Assembly: GCA_965287045.1 (NCBI GenBank)
Contig: OZ336884.1
Span: 75,578,001-75,642,000 of the forward strand
Source: Carcharhinus amblyrhynchos
Lineage: Eukaryota
Length of the DNA stretch: 64,000 nt
Direction: 5' to 3'
In this document: in pieces, positions 12,140 to 25,200 of the stretch
How the letters are laid out: each line of letters begins with the position of its first letter
How positions within the stretch are numbered: position 1 is the first letter of the stretch
Made by a program: the position numbers and the translations under genes
Notes under the pieces: model-generated
Seen by the model: the letters and a program-made list of their open reading frames with translations, nothing else
Databases searched by the model: none
What the model was told of the DNA's origin: nothing

Positions 12140-13361
12140 TGTGACTACGTGCCTCTTCTTAATATATGCACTGATATAGCTAGAAAGACTTGTTTACATT
12201 TGATTTGAATTTGCAGCTATTTTGCTTCAAAAAGGGGGGAGAGGCATCGATATTATGAGAACACTTGGGGTTCCCTGATGTAACTGGGGAGGTCACTAGG
12301 GATTCCCTGACTCAAAGTCTGGGAAAGACAACAAATGCTGGCATTACATCAACCCCAACATCCCACAAAGGAATAAAAAAGTACATGGCATCATTACAAT
12401 TGATCATCACCCTGAATTACTTATGGACATATTTCTTAAAAAAAGGACATACAAGCCAAAGGTAATTCAGTGGCTGTCTGGAAAGTTCCTGCGTGGATTA
12501 TACTTAGTCCTTCGAGACCATGAAACATTGCACCTGGAACTTCAAACAGAGACATTTCAAAAGGAAGCAATGAACACAAAAACTAAACTGTAATTTCCTC
12601 TGGTGCAGAGATAATGGAGACTAGGTTACCAACTCAGCAGAAACCATCTCATTTCAGTTATATCCCAGACTGTGGACATCATGAATGGAAGGAAAGCAGT
12701 TCTGGGCAAAACGTTTCTTTTCCCTTCCAGGAATGCACAAGAAAGTAGGGTTAAAAACCTATTGCAACCCTGGTGTGTGTGTGCACTTGTATAGTTCTAT
12801 TGTGCTAGTTGCTGTGAAGCTCATACTTCAAGAACATCCACTAGGCACCCCTGTGCTTGCAGGTAAAAAAAAGTTTCTCAGATTGCTGGAAACAAGTTAG
12901 CAAAGCCACAGTCAAAAGTGAGATAGGACTATTCCTTTCAGCTAACCTGCAGAACTAAGAAACTCCAAACCAATTGCCAAAGTCAGCGTGATCAGAATTA
13001 CCCAGCTTAATACTGCAATGTTTCACCATCTACTCCTCAAGGACGAGCCAAATATTAATTTTTGGTTTAATTTCTCATTTGCATTTGTGCATTGCATTTA
13101 ATAATTTTTCAGGTGTTTAGTTACTAATGAACTCACTTTTTTTAAAAACTCAAGTCTAGTTAAATTGGTTCCTTTTAAAATATAAATATATTTGGACTGA
13201 GAAAAGGTATCCATGCGATTTAAACTTGTTGCAACCAACCGAAGGGGTTTAATAAAGAAGGGGAGATGGATCATCCCTCTTTACATAGGAGTATAACAAT
13301 TTGGGAATATCTCATCCGGAATTATAAATTGGGAGTCCTCACCCGAGAACTGGTCACAACA
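12140..13361 (+). mobile_element. Possible LTR remnant (solo-LTR-like)
   Basis: Begins TGTGAC; AATAAA at ~13251; ..TATAACA followed by TTGGGAATATCTCATCCGGA, loosely like a tRNA-Pro PBS; no coding motifs. Confidence 0.35.
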
Positions 13362-13589
13362 ACGTCTATTCTGCAAAATTATTAAGTGCAAAAGTTAACC
13401 CTCAGAGCTTCAGCTTTAAAAAAATTGGTCTTGAAATTTTGATTTCTTCCCAAGTATACATGGTAGATATCAAATGATGTTGTTCCTAATTTTTCATTTA
13501 CAATGAGTTTCCATAAAATTCTACATGACTGAAACATCAATTTTTATCTAATTGCAGCCACAGAATCACTGTTTCTCTTCCCACTCCTG

Positions 13590-14765
13590 CATAATTACTT
13601 CTGGGGATCCCTCAAATCAATCCTTGGTTCACCCCTATTTCTCATCTACAAAAGCTGTCCCACAGGGCTGAAAATATGCCAGTCTGTGCATGTACAGCAA
13701 AGATATCCAGCTCTACCTCACCATCAGCTCTCAAACACTCCCCGCCGCTAAGTCATCAGACTGCTCGTGTGACACGCAGTACTGGATGAGCAAAAATTTT
13801 CTCCGCCCATATTATGAAAGACCAAAACCAGTGTCTTCAGTCCCTACAACAAACTTTGTTTCCTAGCCACTGACTCAATTTTTCTCCCTGCCAACAGCTG
13901 GAGGCTGCACCGGACCGTCTAACACGTCCGTGTCAGATTTGATCCTGTTATGTGCTTCCAAGCACACATCTGCTTCATCACCAGGAACCACCCCCACTCA
14001 TCTGCTGCTGAAACCCCCATTCGTGCCTTTGTTATCTCCAGGCTTGACTATTTTAATTCACTTCCAAATCAAAAAAAAAATGCTGGAAAATCTCAGCAGG
14101 TCTGGCAGCATCTGTAGAGAAGAGAGTTGATGTTGAGTCCAGCTGACCCTTTCTCAAAGTCTCTCTTTGCTCTCAAACCTTTGACAAAGGGTCATCTGGA
14201 ATTGAAACATCAGCTCTTTTCTCGCCTTACAGATGCTGCCAGACCTGCTGAGATTTTCTAGCATTTTCTCTTTTGGTTTCAGATTCCAGCTGGCATCCCA
14301 TGTTCTAGTCCTAATAAACTTGAGGTCATCCAAAACTCTGCTTCTTGTATCCTATCTCACATCAAGGCCCATTTACCCATCACCCAATGCTTACTGACCT
14401 ATGTTGACAGTTAAGTGATTTAAATTTAGATTTAAAATTCTCATCCTCAAATGTCCTCTCCCTTCCTTGTCTCTGTAATCTCTTCCAGCCTACAACTGTC
14501 AGTTATCTCTGCTCCTCTAATTCTGGCATCTTAAGCATTCTAGATTTTAATTGTTCCACTATTGGTGGCTTCAGCAGCCTGGACCACAGGCTCTGTCATT
14601 CGCTTTGTTAATCTTCTCTTCCCTCCTTTAAGACAATCCTTAAAGCCAAAAGTTCAGTCATCTGCCCTAACAGCTCCTTGCTAGGTTCCATCTCACCTTC
14701 TTAAATAATGCCCTATGAAGCTCCTCAGGACTTTAAGCTGGAGGTGCTACATAAATATAATTGAT
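13590..14765 (+). mobile_element. L2-clade LINE 3' portion (interrupted at 14067-14290)
   Basis: Degenerate GDPSNQSLV/PLFLIY (GVPQGSILGP-like), MYSKDIQLYL (YADDTQLY-like), AETPIRAFVISRLDY. Confidence 0.75.
14067..14290. mobile_element. Palindromic Penelope-derived insert with degenerate hammerhead motifs
   Basis: Arms AAAATGCTGGAAAATCTCAGCAGGTCTGGCAGCATCTGT / ACAGATGCTGCCAGACCTGCTGAGATTTTCTAGCATTTT; inner TTTGACAAAGGGTCATCTGGAATTGAAAC. Confidence 0.8.
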
Positions 14766-15217
14766 TAACAAGAAATGACATTTGTATCAGGTAAAATTTA
14801 AAATGCAAGAGGTCTTCTCCATTTATCCCAGTTAACATTTAAAACATGGACATTTTTCATAAGGCCTGATAAAAATCATAGCTCCCATGGTTTGTATGAT
14901 GGTAAAGTGTAAGGATGTGAAAAGCTGACTATATATACAGGGCAACAGACAGACAGATCATATCCATTTTGGCTTGACCATAAAAGGTGATGCTTATCTT
15001 TAGTTATATTGAATCTGATCAGTCCTGAACTTTTCTTTTGGAGCTAATAACTCCTAACAGATTTACACAAACTGAAATTATAATGTGGAAAGGAATAAGT
15101 GCATTTCTGCAATGGATGAAAGCTTTGCATTTAGAACAAGATCACAAACATTTAAATAGTTCAGTTATACTATTAAGTCAGAATCACAATTACAGGATGG
15201 CAATACTTCCTGCTTAC

Positions 15218-16268
15218 TGTTGGCTAAAATGTACAACTGGCATTAACTTTGGGTAGCAGGATCATTTGAGACATCAGGGGTTGGTTGTCCCTGCCCTTTT
15301 GCTAGTTGCTCTAGGCCTAGATCAAGGTCCTATACTTTAGGGTTACAAGCCATGGTAAATGGCAGAGTAGAACATTTTTGGTGGCGATGTAATTGCTAGA
15401 AAGTTGAGGGTCAATGGCTGCTTACAGTTGGAGGATCCTACAGTAAAAGGAGTTATCTTTCCTTTAATTACATGAGAAGCCAATGGGAAACCACCTCACA
15501 TTTTTTCCCCCTAATCATATTGCTAACTGAAGTTGAAAATAGATGTCCTTATGAATAGCTGAAGAGGAAAGACCATGGAGAAACAAACAGGAATTGCTCG
15601 CAGGCAGATGAGCGTTACTTTAACTTAACGTGATGGTGGGAGGATAACGGGAAACATGACTTTACATAAAGCTGAATGAAAATCTCTTGAAAAGGATGAG
15701 ACAATTTTTGTGATCTCTTTTGTTAGTTTGCTGACAAGTTCACATTCAGCTTGTGTTAATAGCATAAAAAAGTGTTTGCTGACAGGTCTTTAACAACAAG
15801 TCACACACTCCTTATATTAAAATAAAGCTTTCTTTACAAAAGGTGAATGCAATTTTTATGGGCCATCTATACTTTTGCTTCAAGAAATGAAGTCAGGTCG
15901 GTCAGAAATATTCAATTAAAAACAAAATCAAAGTCTTTGGATTTTTCGTGGATTGTGGAGTTTAAGAAATCTTGAATAGTGGTTCCCCACAGAAATTCCA
16001 GGTAAAGATGGTTTTAAAAAGTCAATAAAATTATAAAAATTCAGAGGCAAGAAAATTCAGACTTCCAAATGTTTTCTCTTCAGCTTTTTCTTTCTTACTG
16101 AACTTCTCAGCAATCCAGGGAATCAGAACTTGAATTCTTCACAGATTTTCTTACAGCCACAGTTATTTCTCTTCATATACTTGGCAGGCAAGATTCAAGT
16201 TAAAGCTGATATCTTGGTCTTAACACAGGGTTCCATCTAGCAACTCAGCTGATAATTGCCAATCTACA
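15218..16268 (-). other. Putative 1051-nt non-coding (5' UTR) exon of the minus-strand gene
   Basis: Acceptor tttatctgctttacag|TGTAG at 16268, donor CCAACA|gtaagc at 15218, repeat-free, no long ORF. Confidence 0.5.
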
Positions 16269-19200
16269 CTGTAAAGCAGATAAACTTGACAATAATCTTG
16301 AGACAAACTCACCTGATTGAACATTTCAATGTTACTGAACATGGCATGTTAATACGATTAATTCAATTTGCTTTTCAGCTGAAAGTCAGTACCTAACCAG
16401 AACTTATTGTAACAGAATTTTAAGACACATTTAAGTAACATTTTAATTTGAAGAAAAGCATATTCTACCACTAAACATAGTAATGAAGTAAAAGGGTGTA
16501 TATCCACACACTTAATCACTGTCCCTTATTACTGCATTTTATTGGCTTTAAAAATATTCTTTAACAATACTGAGTAACACTTTTTGAATTCTCTAAATGT
16601 AATCTTGATCAGCCTCAAAAACACAGCAAGACCAACCTGTGTAGCATACAAATCACATGACAGTCATTTGAAAGTCAGGAGGTTGTTTAAAAAAATGTTA
16701 GATGCATGGGATACCAAATGGGAAAATACACCCCTTTCCTTCACTTCTCCTGAATACAACACCTTTTACTATAGCTAGATATTTTTAATCAAATGCAAAT
16801 TTTTTTTATTTTCCTAATGTTTACTCATGTTTTGCAACACTGTGTTCAGAGGAAGGGGAAAATGGACATATGAGGTGACAAAGCACTCAGTGAAAAGAGA
16901 GAAAACGCACAAGAGCACTAAAATGTGTCAAAAAAATACTAAATCATGCCAAGAAAATTACATTACAAAAATCCTCAATACCAGACAGGGCATTTTGAAA
17001 CCCATCTCAACCAAAATGTTTTGGATTTTAATTTAAGAGCCTTTGCCACAGAATCTGATAGCTGGCATCAAGCAAGGTTTAAAATTATTTTGAAGCATCT
17101 CTTCCCCCAATTAGCACTGGATAAGCAGCGACTGTGGGGAAACAAATTTTGACTGCAATAAATGTACATTGTCAGGAATTTTGTTTTAAGGAATGAACAG
17201 TTGTTTTTGAAGAGGTGATAGGGAAGATAAGCAAGCGTTTTGCTGAGACACTGGCACCTGAATATAAATATTACATTGCTCAAGTTCAGCCAACACTACA
17301 AATTGCTTGTTTATTTGCACCCCCCCAAGTGGAGAAATACACAGGGTTTGAAAAATAATTAAAATCAACAGTAAGAATAAAATTGAGGAAGCAAAGCCCA
17401 CAAAATTAAAATCTTAAAAGTTTCAGAACCTTGAGTTTGTATTATCATCATGAGCATTCAATAAATAAATGAAACAACATTTTAAATCCTGCAACGGAAA
17501 TGGAAGATGGCAGCGCTGATGGAGAATCATTCCTAATTAACTTCTTTGCATCTGTCTGATGAAATGTTAGCAACTGGGATAAATCTCCAAGCATCTCAAT
17601 TTCTAACTCCTGGAACTGAGACAATTCAGCAGCATTCATATCTGTTCAATTTTAGTTTAAGTCCTCTTTGTTTTAATATAAAATAATGTTTTCCGGAGGA
17701 ATAAAAATAATGTTTTTATTCCTCCAGAAAACTTCCTACTAGTCACTCCTGTTATGCTCCTAAAAATTCATGTTATGCATTGGTTTTAAGAGTGTGGATA
17801 ACAATTTTAGCAAGATTGATATGTATGGAAAATTATATTTTTAAATATAGTTTATACCTGTATATCTGCACCTACACACAATATAGCAGAACTTACATAT
17901 GCACTTAATGTTCTGCTTAGTCACTGATAAGTGGGAAGCTCAATTCAGAACCCACATGTTTCAGTTTCACCCTGATCTGATACTGTTATCATAATTTTAT
18001 ATCAACTCAGAATTGATTCCTTTATGAAAGATTTCAATACATAATAATGTCACTCTTAATGACTTTTTTCATTACAAATACTTTGCCATTTGTATTCATT
18101 TGTGCATTTAGTACAATTGTTTGTCACCACTGAAGTCATTGACTGCAATTTGCATCTGCTCTGCATAATCCTGATTGCCACCTCATTTGTCATTGGAGTT
18201 TAAATACTATGTAGCCTATGGATTTATCTCTGAACATGAGTTTTACTTATAGCACAAACATGTATTGTTAAAATATCAAGAAAAGCTTCAGAACAAAGGA
18301 AATGACACTGATGTCAATGAAATGCAACCAAGGCAGAAATATCTTTCAACAATAGCTAAAGTTCTTTGACCCAGGATTGAATTATATTAGTGTTTTGCAC
18401 ACTGGATCAGATCCTCAAATTATATGGTTGAAATGTGAAGCCTCTGTCCAGCAAAGCTTTGTGATGAATATACCTTTGACGTTAGGACATTTATATACAT
18501 TCTGATTATTCACAAAAAAAAAATCAGAAGTTAAATGACTCTAGCACTTAAATGTCACTCACTTTCAAATCTGATTGCAAAGGATTTTATACCTAGATAA
18601 TGCAGTTCTCAAAAGCTATCAGTAAATTTCTTAATTTGGAAAAGGGGGGGGGCCCCAAAATTTTAAAAGCACAAATGAGTTTTGCTCATTTAAATATAAA
18701 CAAAATTGAGCTGAAAAGCCTCTAATACGGACACTTGATGTATTAATGTTCTTTTGCCTTTTATACATTGAATTACTATATTTCAAGTAGCTCTTTTGAA
18801 TTTACACAAACATACTGTCAGAAGGTAAATGAAAAATGAGCATGGAAAAATAAACTTTGGCAACAGGGAAAAGGAAACGAAAGTTTCTCATATGAATAAA
18901 GATTATTTAATCAGTTGTAATATTGCATGAACCAAAATCTGCGTGAAATAAAATGCTGGAGAATTCAGGCATAAAAACAGTCTCAATGAATACTCACAAA
19001 ACTAACAATTAGAAAAATACTGTAGCTGTTTTCACCTTTCTTTCTGGAACATCTTGCTTTAATAAAGCACAAACAGATTGACTGCCAAGCCTATCTGACC
19101 AGGCCATGCCAGCTGCCTGCTGACAGATTGCTTGTACTTCATATTATTTTCACCCACACCTGATTCTGTCTACATCACATACTGCCTTCCTACAAATTAT

Positions 19201-22200
19201 GTCAAGACTGTAGAAATAAACATTACCTTGTATCAAAAGTTGGTGCAAAACAAAAGTTTAAAGGAGATTCTATTATGGCAGCATGCCAAGAAGGCGTATG
19301 TTTCTTATTACAAATTTACACAGAACGGTTTGGTGGGGCGGGGTGGGGGAAAAGAGAAAAGAATACTATGTTCAATTTTCATGCTTTATGCACATGTTGA
19401 AGAAGAGTACCGAAGTACAATTTTTTTTTAGGGGGATGAGTCAGAAAACGTATACAAGTTTGAAACCATTCATATTGCACCTGAGTAAATAACATAAGCT
19501 GTTGAATGGGCAAGTAGAATTTCAAATACCCTAATGATATTTAATTCTGTTACAGATTGACCTTAAATCAAAATTTTAAAATATAAATTCTTAATAGCAT
19601 ATTCTAACTACCATGAAATGTAATTAAAAAATGAAATAGCACTTATAGCCCAAATAATTTTGCAACAAATGCATTTGTCGATAAGTGAAATTTTTTCTCT
19701 AAAGGAACTGGGCAGTAATATATCTTTATTACTGATAATAGAATGGATGCTTTGATGTGATACAGGTTTCATACACCAGGAATTCCAGGTTTTACACTCC
19801 AGGAAGAGTGTTGTTGCACACAGCACTAGCATCAAACTTAAACATTTTGGATCAGTTAAAACCATAACCATTTTCTTCTTTTGCAACTTGTGACTTAAAA
19901 TGCTGCTGTGCAGTAAGTACAGGATATGAAGTAAAAAGTTCCCCATCATGAAATCTCCTAATCCCAATAGAAGCAGAAATAGATTATATTTAATCCATCT
20001 ACATACCCGATTCACTGCAAAATAAGATCTGATTGAAATTTGATTTAGACACATGCACGGTTTTACATTTTTCAACTTTATTTAACACTAGTAAAATGTA
20101 ATCTGGGCAGAAATTTACAAAATCGATAACAACACTTGAGTAATACCAGTTGTTTAAAATTAGGTAAACTTAAAATATCAATTTGGATTTCATTAGAATT
20201 TAAATTTACTTTATTGATGTGTGTTCAAATTGGATGTACTGATCTGAAGTAACTCAAGTGATCAAGAATAGAAAAATAATTAAATTTATACCAGATTGTC
20301 AAGATTCTCAAAAAAATGGCAATTATTGTTTCAGTTAGATACCCATTAACTTTCCTTATGAATATCCATGTCAAATATCACATTTATCACAAATAAAAAG
20401 CTCTCATTTAATTTCCAGCCTGATGAAGCAAAATACAATGGTAACAAACAGCAATCTTTTTTTTAAAAGAACGGGTCTTCCAGCCACGAAAAGGGAATCC
20501 AGGTAGTTTTCTTTTTCTTTTTATTTTAGATCAAACTATTATGATGGTTGGTGAAGATAAACCTAAACCTGTATGCTAGGAGAATAAAACAAATGCGAGC
20601 ATTAAAAGTGCAACTCTATCATATGAAGTAAAACCAAAAAAAATCAATTCTTAGTGCAGCTAAACATAATGGAGAAAATTTTGAATTGTTTACGTTTCTT
20701 TCACTGAACCTATCACTGATGAATATTTTCACATTAATTTCAGGGAACTTGACTGCAGCTGAAGTGTGACCCCAGCCATTTAAAGCAATTTAAGTTAAAC
20801 CATAACTACTTAAGCATGTAGGTTACTCATAACCAACTGATGTCCAGAGACATAGGAAAATATTTACTTTATCCTTTTGTATATGTACTAAAATTGACAT
20901 CCCCATTTTTAACTTGATAAACAAGAAATAAAGTTTGACAGTGTAACAATTTGCACTGACTGCTTTTCTACATTTCAATTTTCTTTCTGTCCAATATTAA
21001 GGCACCATTGAGAAAATTCTCCTAAAAGAGACAACCCATTTAAAAATACTTTGGTACACTCTATTCCCTAATAATTGCAGATGTCAAGATTAAACAAAAA
21101 TCATATAGAGCAACATCAGGCCCAACATGCAATGATTTATTTTTTAATGACCCCCCCATCCCACCAATAAAAAAACTAGCAAAACTGAAATCTGGACAAA
21201 CAAGCACCAATTCAGTGTTTGAAAAAGTTTTCCGATAGCCACCACATTTGCACAGCAGAAAATTACAAACAAAATTGAATATTTTTTAAACAATTTAATC
21301 TAACAGTAAGTTAAACATTTTATTCATTTTAATGAAATCTCATTCAAACAAAAAAATCACAAGCCTTGCATTATGGAGAATTAATTTCCCTTTGATGCCT
21401 ATAAGGGAAAGTTCCACCTAGGTGTACTCTAGGTGCAACATTGACAATCTGAATGTTAGTTCAAACATTTAAAATGTAGTGTTCACAACATATTTAAGAC
21501 ACTGAAAAATCTAATTAAATGCAAAAAAGCAGGATAGATTAAAAAAACAGAAAGAACAAGCAAATCTGTAATAAACTGTCTATCATTTGTGGAAACTCCC
21601 TTGATGCAAAATGAAATGGCTATTTCATGTCCTTAAAAACCACACTGCACAGCTGCCTTCAAGAATGTCACCAAATTATACAGATTTGGCTCTAAATCTA
21701 AAATTATGCAACTTTATTTAGGTATATCAAAAGCTAGAATTAAAACAACAAACGATACAATAATCATGATGTTGTGACAAGTTAGAAACCTAAATTTAAA
21801 CTATTTTCTATCAACAGAAACCGTTAATTGTTACAACTGAGAATACACAACCTTCATTTACTAAGCTAAAGCTTATCAAATAAGTCATTTTGCAATGCAA
21901 GTAACACAAAGGTAGGAATTTTAATTTAGTCCTAAGGGAAATTTGAGATTTAAAATCAACCCTGAACTATATGTAGCTGTTATTCACTCCCATGTAAAAA
22001 AAATCCTCCAATTATGTGCTTGTGTTATATTGACAATTAATCTTGCTTTTAGATCCTCACTTTGCCTTCCCTTTAAAACAGATCCTCAAAGTTCGAGCAC
22101 CAACATATACTCCTCATCTTTGGAGTCTCCCAGAGAACTCTGTATAAAAAGAAAAATTTGGCACCTTTATACAAACCATTAACTGCAATGGAAAGAATGT

Positions 22201-25200
22201 CCATTAGCAGGTACAGCAGTGTATTAGTTAATTATAATCTTATAAATTTCAGTGAGTCACATGGGGAAATTCAGCAAGCCTATAATCTGGTTTCACAATT
22301 TCTGGATTAGGTTCCTTTGTTTAATGGGACAATAACTGAATTAATCAATTCTTACTAGCAAGCAACTTGGTAATATTCTTCCTGTACTACTTCACCAATA
22401 GCATGTAGTAACTTTAACATGATTAGTGTACCCATTACAGATCAACAAAAGGTGTGCAATGAAAAAAGGGATAATGCAATGTTTTTTGAATGATGGCTTT
22501 CATGGTGGCACTTACTTTTGATTTGCACACTTAAACTGTGAATTGCAAATTTTGTTAAAATTTGTGACCTGTAAAATCTGTATTTTTAGCTGCTTAAAAT
22601 CAGTTCATGTAATAATGTAATATGCACAAACTTTCAGCTATAACAATTTGCAATATAAATCTCTCAGGCACAGGCTTTGTATGCTCAAGTACTACTTTTC
22701 CAAAATAAATCGATTATTGGTATTCAACTTAAAGAAAATTCTAGAAAAATATTCTATTTCCAGGGTAGCAAACTTTTGTGGTCCTAAAGCTGAAGAATTT
22801 GAAAACCAATTTGTAGATCATTTATAAATCAACCCAGCTTTTCTTCAATCGACTCAAAGGACGACCCTATTTCTTCAGCATCAAGAGTCATGCTTTTGCA
22901 TATACTTGTGTACAAGTGACTTCTCATATTTCAGCTATGAAATGCTGTACTTGCATTAGTTAGCCTCAATTTTTTCACCCCGAGACACGTTTTCCTCACC
23001 TTATATTGCAAGTTGACATATGGGATCAAGCATGTGATACGAGCTGTATTGTGAAGATGTGCGGGAGTTTAGAACACATCCACACAAAGCAGACCATGCA
23101 TGACAATTGACAAACAGAAGTACAAAGCTGCTTTCAAGCCAGGAGGAGCAACCTTTGCTAATCTGTCAAAAAACTGCTGCAGTATGGAAATTTGGTGTTA
23201 GTGAGAAATTGGTGTGAAAATGGAGGAGGAATCCATCCTGAAGATGTCCAAGGCCAAATCTACAATCAAAACAGGGACCAGTCACTAGTTGGGGTCTTGA
23301 GAATCATGTTTCAGGATGAGCCCTCAAAAATTGCTGAAATAGCTACATCGTCACCAGAAATACAAGTGTATACATGCACTTCAGTACACAATATCAAATC
23401 CAGAGTCTAGCAAAAATTTCAGACCCATACCTAGTTGGTGTAGCCACTTTATGGAATGAATGGAACAGTTAGCTCGTGCTGTGGCAGACTGCAACAATTA
23501 CTCAGTGACTAAGGAATTAATGCCAAAATTCCCAGTTTCCAGCAAATTCATTATCAAACAGTGGCAAAACCTTGAATACCCATTTAGTCACATGGGCATT
23601 TATCCATGTTGCCAAGCAGCTAAACTGTGCAGTGGAAAGGGTCGAAATTAGTTTGAGAAAAACAAAAGACATGAGAAGACAAGACCCATGGTGATACTAG
23701 TCTGCAAGGCTGATAGAAAAAAATTAAAGCATATGGTAATTTAAATGTAAATCCATGCCAAACGTCAAGTTCCCTGCAGGGATACTGTGCATGTCTGTGA
23801 CAACATGTGGATGGATGAGGATGGAATGAAGTTATGAATGGATTGAGGAAATGTGGAATAGCCATCTTGGTGGCCTATGTAAGTTATGCAACTTTTAGTG
23901 CAAAGTATGTCCAGATACCATATAACTTGAGATCAAGAGGCACCTGGGAATAACACCCACAATACAGTTGCCCCAGGGGGTCTAATATCTGTAGTTCCAT
24001 CTTAGGATACATGCATCACAAGACATTCAAGTATCACATCTGCTCCAAAGGGAATGGGTGGATGATTAACAGAGAAGAAAAACCTTCACAAGAGTGAAGA
24101 TATGCATACTGACCTATCTGATATTTTGTGCAGCTTAATTAGTAAACTGTGGGATGCTATTAGTGCAACAAGTGCCAAATTGTTCAAAATAATGTTAAAC
24201 ATTCAATTTAATGGGTGGAAAAGAAGATGACAGTTGTGGAGGAATGATTTTAAAAAGCGTCAAATCGGGCATAGAGTTCCTTCCTTATGATGCAAGGTAA
24301 AGTAACTTAATTAATTGGGTGAACTTTGCGCCAGATGAAGACAATGGAGTTGACATTTTAAAAACACTTTGCTTGTGGTTAAAAAGGTATCTCTGTGCAA
24401 TTATTTAATTAACTAAATCATGCAGTTAATTTATTGTTGTGTCCACACCATCCCTCAATTCAAAATAGTGACTTCCAACACAACTGGTTCATATTTTGTA
24501 TCCTGTGTATGCATCAACCATTTTTAGAAAGAGGGTTCAAAGTTTCATTATATAGTTCTATGGGAGTCTGAAATAAGGACTTAAGGTGTGATGCTGTGAT
24601 ATTTTGATGTTTTATGTTTAAGGTGGGGCTGCTTTAAGAGGCAGTGTTTTGTCACAAGAGTCGGTTTGTCTGGGAAAACATGCAGCTCAAATGCTCAGAA
24701 AGCAAGATAATAACTGATTTTAGCACGGAATGTTTCATTGTGCATACCAAATCTAAAATCCCAGGAAAAGAGTCGTGTGAGTTTGGATTAGGTGGACTGA
24801 CAGGAACAGAGTCATGTAGTTAATGGGAGAAGCTAAGCTTGCAGGAAAGAAACAGTTTCATTCTCATTTTTAATTGCTGCCTGGAGCTGATGCACAGAGA
24901 AAACTCTCCCTCTCCCTAGAAGTTTTCTGTAAGCTCCAGGGCTGTAACTCAAGCTAAAGCAAGCATGCCTGTGTTTTGCTAACTAATTACAAAGAGGGGG
25001 TTTAAGTCTATAAGAGACATATTGCTTGATTGGAACTAATAGCAATTGGTTAGCAGTTAAGAATTGTACATTGTCATGTTTAAGTATTGTTCAACTGTTA
25101 AAGGTTAAGCTACTCCATTTGTAAGATTAAAACTGCTGTAAACTTTGATAAAAGCTGCCTAGTTTGTTAGTAGAATATCGCGAATAAAACATCCCATCCT

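Noticed and set aside
15325-15355. ATGGCTTGTAACCCTAAAGT, reminiscent of the BCL9 start (NPKV)
   Set aside because: An in-frame TAG follows immediately; too short to be meaningful
17448-17639. 63-aa minus-strand ORF MNAAELSQFQELEIEML..
   Set aside because: No recognised homology, weak acceptor and no donor; kept only as a possible conserved patch
22960-24300. Higher-complexity stretch that may be an old transposon
   Set aside because: No diagnostic motif or termini that I can identify by eye
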